Positions 26,795 to 39,622 of a stretch of DNA of 64,000 bases are shown here, piece by piece. The translations under genes and the position numbers were made by a program. Origin of the DNA: Chara braunii. Lineage: Eukaryota > Plantae > Charophyceae. The notes beneath the pieces are model-generated. The model saw only the letters and a list, made by a program, of their open reading frames with translations, was not told the origin of the DNA and ran no database searches. Numbering within the stretch: the first letter of the stretch is position 1; each line of letters starts with the position of its first letter. The DNA lies in assembly GCA_003427395.1 (NCBI GenBank), contig BFEA01000002.1, positions 9,973,336 to 10,037,335 on the forward strand. Direction: 5' to 3'.

Positions 26795-27919
26795 ATAATA
26801 ATAATCAAGGAGGACGAGCAATAGCGAACTCCGGCAATCAAACTGCATCATGCATATTGGACCAGGTAGTCGTGTCTTCGATCCAATAGCAGAACTGAAT
26901 CACGGGTTTCACCAAATAAGGCACAACAACTCAAAATTGACAATGTTGAACTTATCAATGAAGCACCTGAGTCGATATCCTATCTGGTACTTGGTGCCCA
27001 TACTACTGACGACAGATCCTAACTAGTCTATACAAGAAATGCAGAAGTTGTCGTCATCTGTTTTCCAAGTACGAGCTTACAGCGGCCAATGCCGCACGCT
27101 TCCAGCAATAGGCATGTCGCTCGCTACATTCCCAACTGCGATCCTCTAGACACCACGTGGACCCAAGATCGCCGCGCATCCATCTCTTTTTCCTTTTCTT
27201 TTCCTCTCTATCTTCTCCCTCTCTCCTATACACAATCCCTCTCTCTCCTCTCTGTGTATATCTCTACCGCATACCTTTTCTGTGTATCTTTATGCGAATC
27301 ACTGTGTATCTCACCTTTCACTGTGTGTCAGTNTNGCCGTGCCTCTGTGACTGCNTATCTATGTGGTTCCCTNTGTGTGTCACAGTAACCNTGAGTCTAC
27401 TGNGTCACCATGTGTTTGTCACTGAGCATTGCGTCACTGTGCATCGTGCCACTAATGTCACCATCAAAGTGTGACTGCGCGCTTTTACTGTGTATTTGTC
27501 TGCTGTGTGTTTCCTTGTATGTTTGTTTCCCCAGCTATTTTGCTTGTTACTCTGTCTTTCTGTTTTTCTTGTTTTGTCTTATCTGTCTCTTCTCTGTCTG
27601 TCACACCCTTTTCTTCTCCTTCCTTTTTTCCTCGTTGCTGTAATTGCTTGTCACCCGAGCCCACTGCAGGTGAAACCCCTGAGACAGAGGACGCGGGATT
27701 TCATACCTCACAATCTAAACGTAGCGGAGCAGCCACGCAACACAATTCCTTACTATGGTGCAGCATGTCGAGACCACGACATGAGGACACGACAGACACT
27801 ATCGCGCATTCCAACAGTCGGGCGGTAATGGCCCAACATTACGTCGCTATCGGCGGAGGCATCACATATTCCCACAAGTCTCCCCTTTGCTTATGGTAAG
27901 CTGCAGGCCAAGCAACTCA

Positions 27920-27959
<40 letters not shown>

Positions 27960-29141
27960 TATTATTATTATTATTATTATTTTAAAATTAATATCAATCA
28001 ATGACAATAATAATAATATCAACATAGTTTGCTCGTCGGATTTCCTTCTCCTTAGTCATTATTTCTCTCCTCCTTTCTTCGATCTCCTTCTCTCTCTCCT
28101 TCTCTCTCCTTTCTCTCTCGTTCTCTCTTCCTCTGTCTCTGTGTATGCGCTTCTCTCTTGTGCGCTGTGGCATGACTGTCACCGTACGACTTGTGAGTGT
28201 GTCATCTGTTTCTTCTGCATGCCGCATCTGTTGTCACTATCACTGTGTGCCCGCGTTACTGTGCACTGTCAACGTGTGACTGTGTGACTGCGACTGTGCG
28301 TATATCGTAATGTGACTACGTGCTTGTCACACCGTGTATGCCGCAGTGTATCCGTGTGTCACTGTGCATGTCACAGTGTGTCACTGTGAGACCGTGCGTC
28401 ACTGCGTGACCGATCTTGTGTCTGAGTGCGTCATTTTGCATTGATGTGTATCAGTGTTGCCGTGCCTCCGTGCCCCCGGTTAGTTGTTGCCTGTAACAGG
28501 TCCGCGTAATTGTTGAATCCCGAACTGTAGGTCTGTTGAGTAGGGGTCAGGGTTGTGGCAATGAGTCCCCATGCAGTCAGCGGTACAGCCCAAATAGTCT
28601 CTGTTCAGTCGAGCAAGTACCACGAGGGACTGTGTGCCCCGTGCCCGAGGGAAAAAGGCAGACAAATGAGCTTCAAAAGTATAAATCAAGAGGCAGCGCC
28701 CAGTCATTCATTCATTCCCGCGTGAGCCATACGGAAATGCTGCCACAGCGACTTGTGCAAGGGGTCTGCAGCGGTGCCCGATGTCGAAGTAAGCTGAAGA
28801 AGACAGCCTGGACATAACTGTAGGAGGCGACGACGACTATGACTGTCGTAGCCGCAAGTGAGTNNAGTNTGTGCGTTTGTCNGTGGGCGTGTACAGTGGG
28901 TTGCGTNTGGGATGCACAGAGTGATCCTACGCTAAGTGAGTTTGAGTGGCGGAGTTGAACACAGTGACGAACAGAGAGTTGTTTGATCGTGACAGCGTCA
29001 TAATTTTCCCTGAAGCGGGTTTGCATCTGCACTGTGTTCTTAGTTTCTATATTTTCTAAGCTTTGAGTGGGCTTGTGTCGCCGGTTTTCTGCGTTACTGT
29101 TTCGCAGGCAGGAAAGTGTAAATGAAAGTGTATCTGGTTTC

Positions 29142-29184
<43 letters not shown>

Positions 29185-31423
29185 GAAGATAATGAGCAAT
29201 AGCGAACCCTAGTAATCGAACAACATCATGCATATGAGTCCAAATAGTCTTGACCTCGAACCAACAGCAGATTGCATCACGAGCTTCACCAAATAGGAAC
29301 ACGACAAAACTCACAGTCGACAATGCTGCCATAGTCTAATCATCATTAACACAAAACCAATGTCGATTCCTTTCTGGGGTTGTTGCCCAGACTGCAGTTG
29401 CCAGATCCTATCTAGCCTATACTACAATGCTTGCTGTTGACGCCAACAACTCTCTGAAGTACGGCATACGGCTGCCAATGCCGCACGCTTNATGTATNNG
29501 GTATGTNTTNTCGCTTCCTCACTCAACCTCAATCCCCCACTCACAGACGCCGCATGCACCCAACCTACCGTGCATCCAATAATAATAATAATAATAATAA
29601 TAATAATTAAAAAAATAAAAATAAAAAATAAAATAATAATAATAATAATAAGTAACAGTGAAATGGTAATTCCAGATTACACCATCACGTTGAAAGCCAG
29701 ATGGTCACACTCACACGCACACACACTCACACACACGCATCTCCACACACACACATCGATGGTAGCGTACGTCCTCATGATAGGTCTATTTGATTTATTT
29801 ATTTATTTAATTTTGTTTATTTATTTGTTTGTTTTGTTCATGCTATCGGGGAAGCATCGGGGATTGGTCGTGAGGACGGGAACTTACCCGACTTTTTTTC
29901 TCTTGTTCCCCGTTGTTGTCACCGCCGTTGTGACTGTCGTCTGTTGGAGTCTTTCCTTGTCAACAAGGTTCGCAGCCTGGTCCGGTAAGTACTTTTTCTC
30001 TCCCTTCTTCTTCCGACTTCTTGTCTCCTCCCCCCTTCACACCAACTAGCGACCTTTTTCCCTTCTTCTTTTCTTCCTCCTCCTTTCTCCTCCTTCTCTC
30101 CTTCTTCCTCCTTCCTCCTCCTTCTCTCCCTCTTCCTTTCCAGTCCCTTGTTTTATCGTTTATTGCCGCCCTTTCCTCTCTCACTTGCGATCGCGTTCGC
30201 ATACAGCTTGCGTGCTAGTGCTTGCTGAGCGCCTTCCCTACCTTTGAGCACGCTTTCCTGCCTCGCTTTCTCCTTCTATCGTGCGGTTGTCTCCAACCCC
30301 GCACCTGCACGTTCCCTCGCGTGCTTGCTTTCTCCCCAACGAAGGGGACCTCCGTGCTATAGGCTGTTGCCACACTGCAGAGATGGTCGGGCCTCTATTC
30401 TTCCTTTGTATGAATCGGCCCGACTTTCGGGTACAGATTCACTAGCGCGAATCAGGGGATTAAAGGTTACGGGTAGAGGAGAATAAATAAATAAATAAGT
30501 AAAATTAACAAAAGAAAAACGAATCTAACAAGTCCTACCACTAACTACCAAGTATCTCGTTTCAACGAGACAACTACTACTAATTCTAATAGAGGTCACG
30601 GGTTCGAGTCCCGTTTGCCTATGGATTGGTAAAAAGTAGGCCCGCCCCCCCCCTTGTAGTTAGCAAAAGAGTTAGCCCGGAGGCAGGTCGGATTCGATCC
30701 CAGTGTCCTTGGCTCATCAGTCCGCTCCTTTTCCTACTGGGCTAGCTCTTACCACGGTATAATAGAGAGCCGTCTTCCTATAAGTAGGTGTAGTAGGTCA
30801 GACTTTCTCAGCCTGTGTGCTCGTGCACGCTTGCCAGTTAGTGCGACCGTCCTTAGGCTTGTTGATTTGAGCGCGCGTGCGCCCTCAAGTCAACTTATCT
30901 TTCCGAAAGGTCCGAAGGGCCGGTACTTAGCCGTAGCTGCGGCATTAAGGGTCGCAGCTGGGTAATTACTCAAGTGTCGGGTAGACTTGTACCGCACTAA
31001 ACAGACGTAGACGTGGCGGATACTCGACCCGGAGGTTGAGTAAGGGAAGACAAAGACCGAAATTTTTAGAGCACCCAGTACCGGAGGGAAAACAGGCACT
31101 GGACTAAGCCTCAGTGCGTGTCATAGACCTACCTGACACAATCATCAGCCCAACTGACCCTTCGACCTCTTTAGTCGATCGGTATTACTACTGATCCTGA
31201 TCGTCACTGCGCACGTCATAATAACGCGCATACATTACTTAACGAAATTTTCTTACCGATTTTTTTCCCGGTCTCAGTGGCCGAAGAATTTGTTTTCGAG
31301 TGTCACTCTCAAGCGTACACACCCTCTCCATTCCAGACTGGCTACGTCATGGTAGCTGATGTCGCCACCGTGCCTAATGCAAATACATGGCAAAATACCC
31401 TTGTAAGGGTATTTTGTCCGACA

Positions 31424-31440
31424 GTATCCCATACCTCATT
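31424..31440 (-). promoter_or_regulatory. Weak polypurine tract candidate
   Basis: AATGAGGTATGGGATAC on the minus strand abutting the 3' LTR; assigned mainly by position. Confidence 0.45.
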
Positions 31441-33005
31441 AAGCGACGTCCCCGTCGCTTGGAGAACTATATGCACATAAAGGTGTTTTCCGACAAGCAA
31501 TTCGTCAAATCTGAATCCTGGAATGAAGTGTGGTTTCAGGATTGACATTGTCACCTTACTGTTCACTATTACTGCCGGGATTTAACCCGGGTCTCCCACA
31601 TAAAATATAATGACTGAAAGTGGGGATACTTAATCTGTACTACAACACATGAAATAGTTAAGTATGACAACGCACCTTTCCTTTCCCCCTACACCCTTAG
31701 TCTTTGGTCTAGGTATTTGTTGGTTGTTTTCAGGGCTGGTGTTCGCGTACGAACTCAACCCGTCAAACGCGGGTCCTAACCGAGACCTTGGGTGTTCAAC
31801 TCTCGATATCACAATCCAAAGTTGCCTGTCGTCCTGCCCGAAGCCTAATACAGGAGGACAACGGTCTCCATCTCGACCCACCACAGTCCTGTTGATCAGA
31901 CCAGAGCTGCGGCCCACCGCGTTGTTGCTTACCGGTGGTTACCCTTGTCGGTTGCGCAACGAGGGGATATTCATCCTATCTTTAAAATTTTCTAATCTCG
32001 ACCCCTTCGACATCCACCTGAATAGATCCTTTCATTGAGGTGGCCACCCCTCTAGTTTCTCTTCTAGGCCATAGTCGAAGGGTCCGCCGTCTGGTTATGC
32101 TAAGTCAACAACCCACGCTGGGAGTTACGTCCCAACGATGCCAATTTTCCACCATAGGCTTGGTAATTTATGCCCTCAGGTTAACCCTTGAGGTGGATGA
32201 ACGATGCTTTTTAAATAAACCAAATAAATGAGATTTCCAATAATTGAGCATTCGTCAGGCTGCCACTCAGGGTTGTGCCCTCCAAGTCTTTGATCATAGC
32301 TTGGTGAGACACGCACCTCGGGGTCACTTTGTATATATATAACCATTATGTATACATATATAACCATTATTTTTAAAATAGACTTTTATTGACTCTTTGC
32401 TGTCAGAATCCACAAAAATAAAACATCAATTTCATAGAGATTTTCGAAAAGAATTTATGCAACAGAAATAATAAGACTCCAAAGAGTCTACCCTTGTCGT
32501 AGCATGGCTTCAAACAAGAAATGTACAATCAATCCAGCTTTTGAAGCTTCATAAACTCATCAAACCTTTCACATGAGATACAAATCCACTCATTCCTCTG
32601 TCACCTCTTTAGATCTCAATAGAGTCTTAGTAATGATAGACGAATGGAGATCTTAGGTTATCATAGACTCAACCAAAGACAAAGGCCAACACACAATGTG
32701 ACAAGTGTGTCATGTTCACCAGCTCATTCCCCTGAATAATATATATAAATACAAGTAGGTCACAGAGTAAGATCACCATTCCCCTCTACTATCCCTCAAA
32801 CATTGCTCATGTCATTTCCTATATTACTTCCTATGCTAAATCTCCTCATCTGACTGAAGAAAAACACACAACTTGTTTCTCTCATGTCCTACTGAAGAAG
32901 AAAATACACATCCCCTTGCTTTAATTTACACCTTTCTCTTTTTCATAACTGTCTTTTTAAGCCGATTCAAGTCATAGTTTACTCAAAACATCTACTTATT
33001 CCTAC

Positions 33006-34781
33006 CTAGAAATCAACTGGCAATCCCAGTATCTTGTGAAGTGTTACCCTGCCTCCCTCAGGTATCCTTGGAATGGTCTGCCCTGTACCGGCCACCAATC
33101 TCTTATGACTATCATATTTGGCTTTTCCTTCTTTGATATAAATTGTTAGAATGAAACACTCATCTCTCTGAGGTGCCCCTCTTGAGTGCAGAAGAAACAT
33201 CGCTGTCCAACCATGCTAGGCTTGATTTTCTTTATCTCTGGCCGGATTAAAGTATTAGCCTGATCTTTAGCCACCTTTGGTGAGTCCAACTGGGATTCCT
33301 TTTGCCTTTTACCTTGTCGTGGCAGCAGAGGCATAGCCACACTCTCACCATTTTCCTTTTCGGGTGCAGGAGGCTCCTCTTTCTTCTCCTCAGTCTTTGC
33401 CCCTTCCTCTTCACCCCCTTTTCTTCCCACCATCTTAGTGGCTTCCTTTTCTTTCCCCAGTTTGGCTCAATCTGGATTTTTCCATTCTTTTCAATATCTC
33501 TTCCCATCTTTCCTCCCACTCTTGTCCCAACTTCTTTCTTTCTGAGATTTCATCGTCCAAGTGTTGTCCTAGCACACTGACCTCATAAACCAGACCATCC
33601 ACCCTTATTTCCATCTTAGCTTTTGTGGCCACTTTATTTTTCAGTTCTCTGCTTTGCACATTCAGGGAGGTCCTTAATTGACTCATTTCTTTTTGCAATT
33701 CCTCCTTCTCTTTCTTCAATTCCCTTACTTCCTTCCTCATTTCTTCCATATCTCTCATCAACTTCTCCACCTGACCATCCTTTTCATTTTCCTTCTTTCC
33801 TATCTCACTTGTCTCTTCCTTGTTTCCAATCGGCCTCTTTACCTCAGTTCTCTTAACGTTGGGAGCCTTGCCTCCTCCCTGGACCTTCTTTCCTTCCTCA
33901 ACTTCTTCTACTCCTTCCCCCTTTTCACTCACCCTTTCTTGTACCTCTCTTCTTCCACTCTCAATTGCCCTTCTCTTTCCAAGTTTCTTCTTCCTTGGTA
34001 CCATACCGGCCCCCATGCTTCTTTTCCTCTCCTCTGCTGCCTCCTCCTCTTCCTGTTCATTTCCCTCAGCCTGCTCAGATTCCTTGCTGCTGCTCTTGGG
34101 GGAGATCCTCACCTTGTTCTTTAATACTTTCAGAGTTACATTATCCTCTTCTTCGTTCTCTTCCTCCTTCCCCTGTGGCTCAGTCACCCCTCTTCCAATC
34201 CATAGCCCCTTCTTTTGCAGCCTTTCCTTTCTTGTCTGGTCTTGCCTGGCCTGGGTGTAGGCTATCCACAATTCTGCCGTTATCCTTTTCCAGGTTCGAC
34301 TCCCTTCCACAATTCATCTTACTTCCTCCTTTCCGCCTTTGTCTGATCTCGTGATCAACTGCTTCCTCTTTTCTTCCTCGCTCCATTCGCCTCTCTCAGC
34401 GGCCAGCTGCAAGCTCTCAACAAAGTCTTTCAGATTTGTCTCATCAAACCTTAAATCATCCTCCACATCATCCCTTGGGAATTCCCCCATGTCTCTCCAT
34501 AGTCTCACCTTGCATACTTTCCACCTTGTGCAACCTGCCACCACTCCTTCAATCCTCCTTTTGAACATTCCTGCTCCTTTCACGTTCGCAATCCTTTCCA
34601 TGTCACCCCATTCTCTCCTGAACGCGTACTCCTCAACGTCTCGGAAGAAAACTCTCAAGCTGTCTCCAGCCCTCTAAATGGGCAGCTCTTCGAGGTTCCT
34701 TGAGACTCTCAGCTCCCTCCTCTGCCCTCTCTTTCTCAAGGCAAGTCCAGAAGTCCCTGCCATTGCTCCTTTCTGCGCCAT
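33006..34781 (-). pseudogene. Second gag-like ORF downstream of integrase
   Basis: GDSLRVFFRDVEEYA..W and FDETNLKDFVESLQLAAERGEWSEEEKRKQL capsid-like motifs; E/K coiled coil; CFFCTQEGHLRDEC after removing a 2-nt GA slip. Confidence 0.7.
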
Positions 34782-34960
34782 GGCCTCTTCTTTCCAAGGG
34801 TCATGCCTGCATACAGAGAAGGAGCAATTGGCAAGGGACGAGGGTCAGATTATCATCAAGGCAACATTCCTGGTTAAACACAAGTTGATAATGCCCTCCT
34901 TTATCAAGTACTTACATACACGCACATATACACATATATATATATCATATATATATATAT

Positions 34961-35047
34961 ATGCATATATACATACATGAGCGTATATACCCACACATAT
35001 TCCCCACTTATACCCCTCTGCATCCATTTATGTGCACATACACACAC

Positions 35048-35083
<36 letters not shown>

Positions 35084-35168
35084 GCATATATACATACATG
35101 AGCGTATATACCCACACATATTCCCCACTTATACCCCTCTGCATCCATTTATGTGCACATACACACAC

Positions 35169-35204
<36 letters not shown>

Positions 35205-35205
35205 G
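34961..35205. repeat. ~121-bp tandem duplication with (AT)n between INT and the second gag-like ORF
   Basis: atgcatatatacatacatgagcgtatatacccacacatattcccc... present twice. Confidence 0.9.
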
Positions 35206-35305
35206 CATATATGTATCCATATATGTATGATCATATTCTTGGGCAGTTGGGTACATACGTGCATAGAAACTGATACACATATGCATGCCTAAATACTTTT
35301 CCAAT

Positions 35306-38300
35306 CTATCCAAGCTTTCGTATCGTAGCTGAGCTTACCTCTTCTCTGATTCGGAACTTCTTCAGTCTAGATCCTGAGACCCAATCCTTCCTCGGAGTCC
35401 CATCCATCTTTTCTAACTCATATGCCCCATGAAGTCCTGTCTCCTGACTTTGAAGGGTCCTAGCCACCGTTTGTCCAATTTCCACGACCACTGCATTTCC
35501 AGAGAGGAATCGTAGAGTAGTACTGTCTCGCCAACTTGTAGAGGTTCGAGTCTTACTCTAGGTCGCTTGTCCCACCTTTCCTTATCCTTTCCTCTGCTAT
35601 CTGCAACGTTTATGGCTGCTTCCTCCACCCTTTCTTCAGTGACGCTGATCTGCCTTGCCCTTAGTTCTAGCAGTTCCTCCAAAGTTAAGTTGTTCTCCAG
35701 GTCCTGCCTGCGCCAAGTCTTCAAGAAGCTTTCAATAGGAAATGTGGCGTGACGCCCATACCAGAGTGTTGCTGGTGCATACCCGGTCGTCCTTTTTATA
35801 GTGATGTTCTCTACAAAGAACACTGTTCTTAGGAACTTTGGACAGAGATTCGGTCTCCCACTGGTCCATTTGGCCAGTACGTTAGTAATTGTGCTATGGC
35901 GTCTCTCAACTGGTGCATTCGCCTGTGGATGAGCCCGAGTCGTATAATTGCCATTGACCCCCAATTCCTTCAACAATTCTTTCACTTCCTCACATGTGAA
36001 CTCAGACCCCCTGTCCATCGTGAATTCTAATACGAAAGGATATCTGAGATAATATTCCTTAATACAATCTGCCAGCGTTGTTCCGGTCTTGTTTCTGATT
36101 GTCCTGCCATCAACGAATCCTATAAGGTTGTCCCTGGCGTCAAATATATAGTTATATCCTCCAAGACCTAGTGGCATAGCCAGTAAATCCAGGTGAACAA
36201 CCGCCCCTACTTCCTTGATATATCTAGGATGCAGGGGTTCCTTGTACCTGATAGGCGATCGAATTTGACAGGGTACACACGACTCACAATATTTTCGCGT
36301 CATCTCAAACATCTCTTCCCAGTAATAGAGCTCCATCGCCTTTTTGTAAGTAGCCGCGAAACTCCGATGTCCCCCGACTATCCCATCGTGCAATGCAGCT
36401 ACTACGTCAATCTGACGATTTCTCCCACATACGACACGTCGCGGCGACCCTCTCTTATCCCTGATAAACAAGCGGCCACCTCTTACCACATAGTGGTCTC
36501 TCATCCTGAGAGTCTTTTCATTCACTTCTCTCTCTCTTTTATCTCCTGAGAGGAGCTACCCCATTTCTAAATAGAATCCATCATACTCCTCTTCCCTGAA
36601 TTCCTCTGAAATCTCTCCTTGTTCGAACTCTCCTTCCTTCTCTTCATCAAATTCATAATCATCACCAATAATTATTTCATCAGCCTCCACTATTCCTCCC
36701 TCATCATTCGCTTGAACTTGTAATAGTGAATTGGTCAGGTAGTACATCCTTTACATCATGGCTACCTGCTCGTCTGCCTGTTGGACTCCTACTTCGATCG
36801 TTCGCGGTTCATCCATTATCCTGTAGTTTTCTGCCATAGCCAACTCCATCATCCATTCTGTGTTTCTCTCGCCCCAAGAGTCCTCCTCTTCTAATGGTGT
36901 GAGTATTAAGGAAGGTTCTCTCATAAATTCAGGAGGCGTATGCCACATCGGATTTCCTCTCCTCATTTTCTTACTCTCGACAAACATGAACCAACAGTTC
37001 ACGTGAGTTCGCATGTCTTCCCCTTCGTCCAAAAATCCGTCTACCGGAGGCGTTTCTTCATTAGATTCCCCTTGATTTCCCCACTCAATTCTGCTCATGC
37101 CGTCTGCCCTGTTCTTGTTCCCAGGGATCCGCTCCAGCTGGAAGTCGAACATCCAGATATAGGTGAGCCATCTGGCTATGGTCGGATCTGAGGGCGAGAA
37201 GTTTTTGAGTGAGTATACAAGCGCCGTAGGATCAATCCTGAGCACAAACCTCCTCCCAAAGAGGTAGTGCCTAAAGATCCTTAGGCAGTGCAGGACCGCC
37301 AAAGCTTCTTTTTTAAACTGCGAGTAGTTTCTTTCTGCCGAGTTTAGTGTCCTGCTTTCGAACCTCAACGGCCTCTCCTTTCCTTCACTGTTTGCCTGAA
37401 TTAAGACGCCTCCCAAGGCGGTTCGTCCAGCGTCAGTTTCATCTATGAAGGCCCTTTCCATAGTCGCATCAAAGTCTGGTACCCCTAGTACCAGACCTCC
37501 TTTCCTGAACTCCTTCTTCAATTCTTTCACCACTTTCTCCTGATGGTTTCCCCATTCCCATTCCTGATCCTTCCGGACTAGCTTCCTTAGATGCTCTAAT
37601 TTGCTAGCAAATCTTTCTATGAATCTCCTCCAGAACCCACAAGTACCAAGGAAACTTCGGACTTCACTCACATTTATGAAAGGAGTAGGTCATTCCAGGA
37701 TTTTATTGGTCTTCTTCTTATCAGGGCGCCGACCATGCTCGTTGCAAATGTATCCTAAAATGGTTACTTCTTTCACGCAGTGTCTTTACTTCACACCACT
37801 GGCGGTGAGGTTGTACTCTTCTAGTAGAGATAAAACTTCTCTTAACCCTTGAACATGTTCCCATACAAACTTTCTCACCCCTGGAGCCACTTCGGACTCA
37901 TCCTTCTCTATTGGGCCTTTGACGACAAGATCATCTATGTATGGCTCGGTGATCTGAGGGCTGATTGGCTGCATTACCCTGATCATGCTTCGTTGCACCA
38001 TGGCTACAACATTGGTCCATCCTTGCGGCGCAACATTCATATGGACTAATCCCCTTGGCGTGTGCATCGCCGTGATGGGACGGTCTGCTGGATAGACCGG
38101 AAACTGATCATATCCAGAGTAGAGGTCGATGAGGGACACAATCGACCTACCTGCACAAGCTTCTGATAACTGGTCAGCATTGGGTAAACCTCATGCATCC
38201 CTTACAGTTACCGCGTTCAGTCGTTGGAGGTCTTGCACCCATCTGAGAACTCCATTTGGCTTTACAAAATAGAACCAGGGAGAGGCATATGGTCCACTGG

Positions 38301-38748
38301 AGTACCCTGCCACATCCGTGCGAATCTTCCCATCTAGGTACTTTACCACCCTTCTGCGATCCTCAGGGTTGGGATACTTAGCTCCTCGGACGTTCCATGG
38401 CTCATGAGATACAATATGAATACGGATCATTTCTATCTTGTCCACATCCAGCCTCCCACGTTGATCATCATTGAAGGCATAAGCCCCATGTTTTTCACGT
38501 ATCAGTTCTTTTACCAAGTCCTCCTCTTGTCTTGTCAGAAAGCCAGGTTCCTCTATTATCAGTTTTTTCTCAGTCTCATCGTTAATACGACAAGGCCCGT
38601 TCTGGATGCCTTCCCTCATTTGCTGTATCAGTTCTCTTTCCTGATCATAATTCACCCCTTCTTCTTGACTCACTAGAACTGGCACAGGGTGACTCTTCTT
38701 ATCTACCATCTTGTACCTCCTTTTGGAGCCCTGCTTGAGCCCACCCCT
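35306..38748 (-). pseudogene. pol: Pol: RT - RNase H - acidic linker - integrase (nonsense mutations, terminal frameshift)
   Basis: LRWVQDLQRLNAVT, IDLYSGYDQ, PQGWTN, PYIDD; ETDAG..LGGVL, ERNYSQFKKE, NRADGMSR; HDGIVGGH..CVPC, HLDLL, MDRGSEF, HPQANAPVER, RWLGPF. Confidence 0.95.
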
Positions 38749-39622
38749 AAAAAATGCTGACCGGCAGCTTCAGCATTTGGCGCATGCGGCACTATTATCT
38801 GAGTAGAAGGAGGTGGCCGGTAAACGAGATCGACCCTTCCTCCTTCCGGATCGTCCTGGATTCTTTCAATAAGTGCTCTAATGGCATCCGCGTCAGCCAT
38901 CCTATAGGCCGATACTAGTTTCACTGCATCACTGATATTCGCTAGACTCAATACAAGCCCTTTGGCTTCTTCATCATCTGACTCCTCTTCTTCTCCTTCC
39001 CACTCTAGTTCTTTCCTCCTATTCTCCGACTCCTCGAATGTGTAAGATCCTGCATTGAGTCTGTTCTTCGAGCTGTGTGGGTCTGTGTTCCTACAAGTGA
39101 TAACCTCGAATTTCCCACAGGCAGGATCGCACAAGATGATGAACATAGTGTCGTCATGCTTGTTCATAATGAGTGATTCAGATCTGCACAGGAATGACCT
39201 TCCCAACAATATTGGAAGGTCCAAGCTGGGCATGACGTAAAAACACGTACGCACCTTGACTCTTCCTATTTCTATGACCATATTTGATGCGACACCAGTG
39301 TATCCGGTCTTGCCGTTGGCTCCGTTGAGAAACCCGCAATCATTCTCATCCACTTCCAACCCGAGTTTTACCGTGGTTTCCCTATTTATAATATTCATTT
39401 CTGCCCCGGTGTCAACCATCCCAGGACACATCTTCCTCTTTATCATAATATCAATGGATCCTGTTCCCACGAACTTCCAGTCCATTTTACTTCCTGCCAC
39501 GCTCCAGTTAGCCTCCTTGAGAATTAAATCCCTCATTCGGACCGAGGCTACTCTCCGACGTGATAACCTAGCCTTCACCATCTCTCTTAACTTAGGAGTT
39601 GAAGCGAGGATTTCTTTCAGGC
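38703..39622 (-). pseudogene. Aspartic protease, probably originally fused to Gag (1-nt indel near 39635)
   Basis: GMVDTGAEMNII and PILLGRSFL; frame extends upstream as LSLKEILASTPKLRE. Confidence 0.9.

Noticed and set aside
30700-30725. Minus-strand CTGATGA near GAAT as a hammerhead ribozyme
   Set aside because: No GAAA, and the other LTR copy reads CTATTGA.
30590-30750. Functional tRNA genes
   Set aside because: No complete acceptor stem or cloverleaf; only box-like remnants.
33435-34310. env-like gene
   Set aside because: No signal peptide or transmembrane segment; it is highly charged and sits between capsid-like and CCHC motifs.
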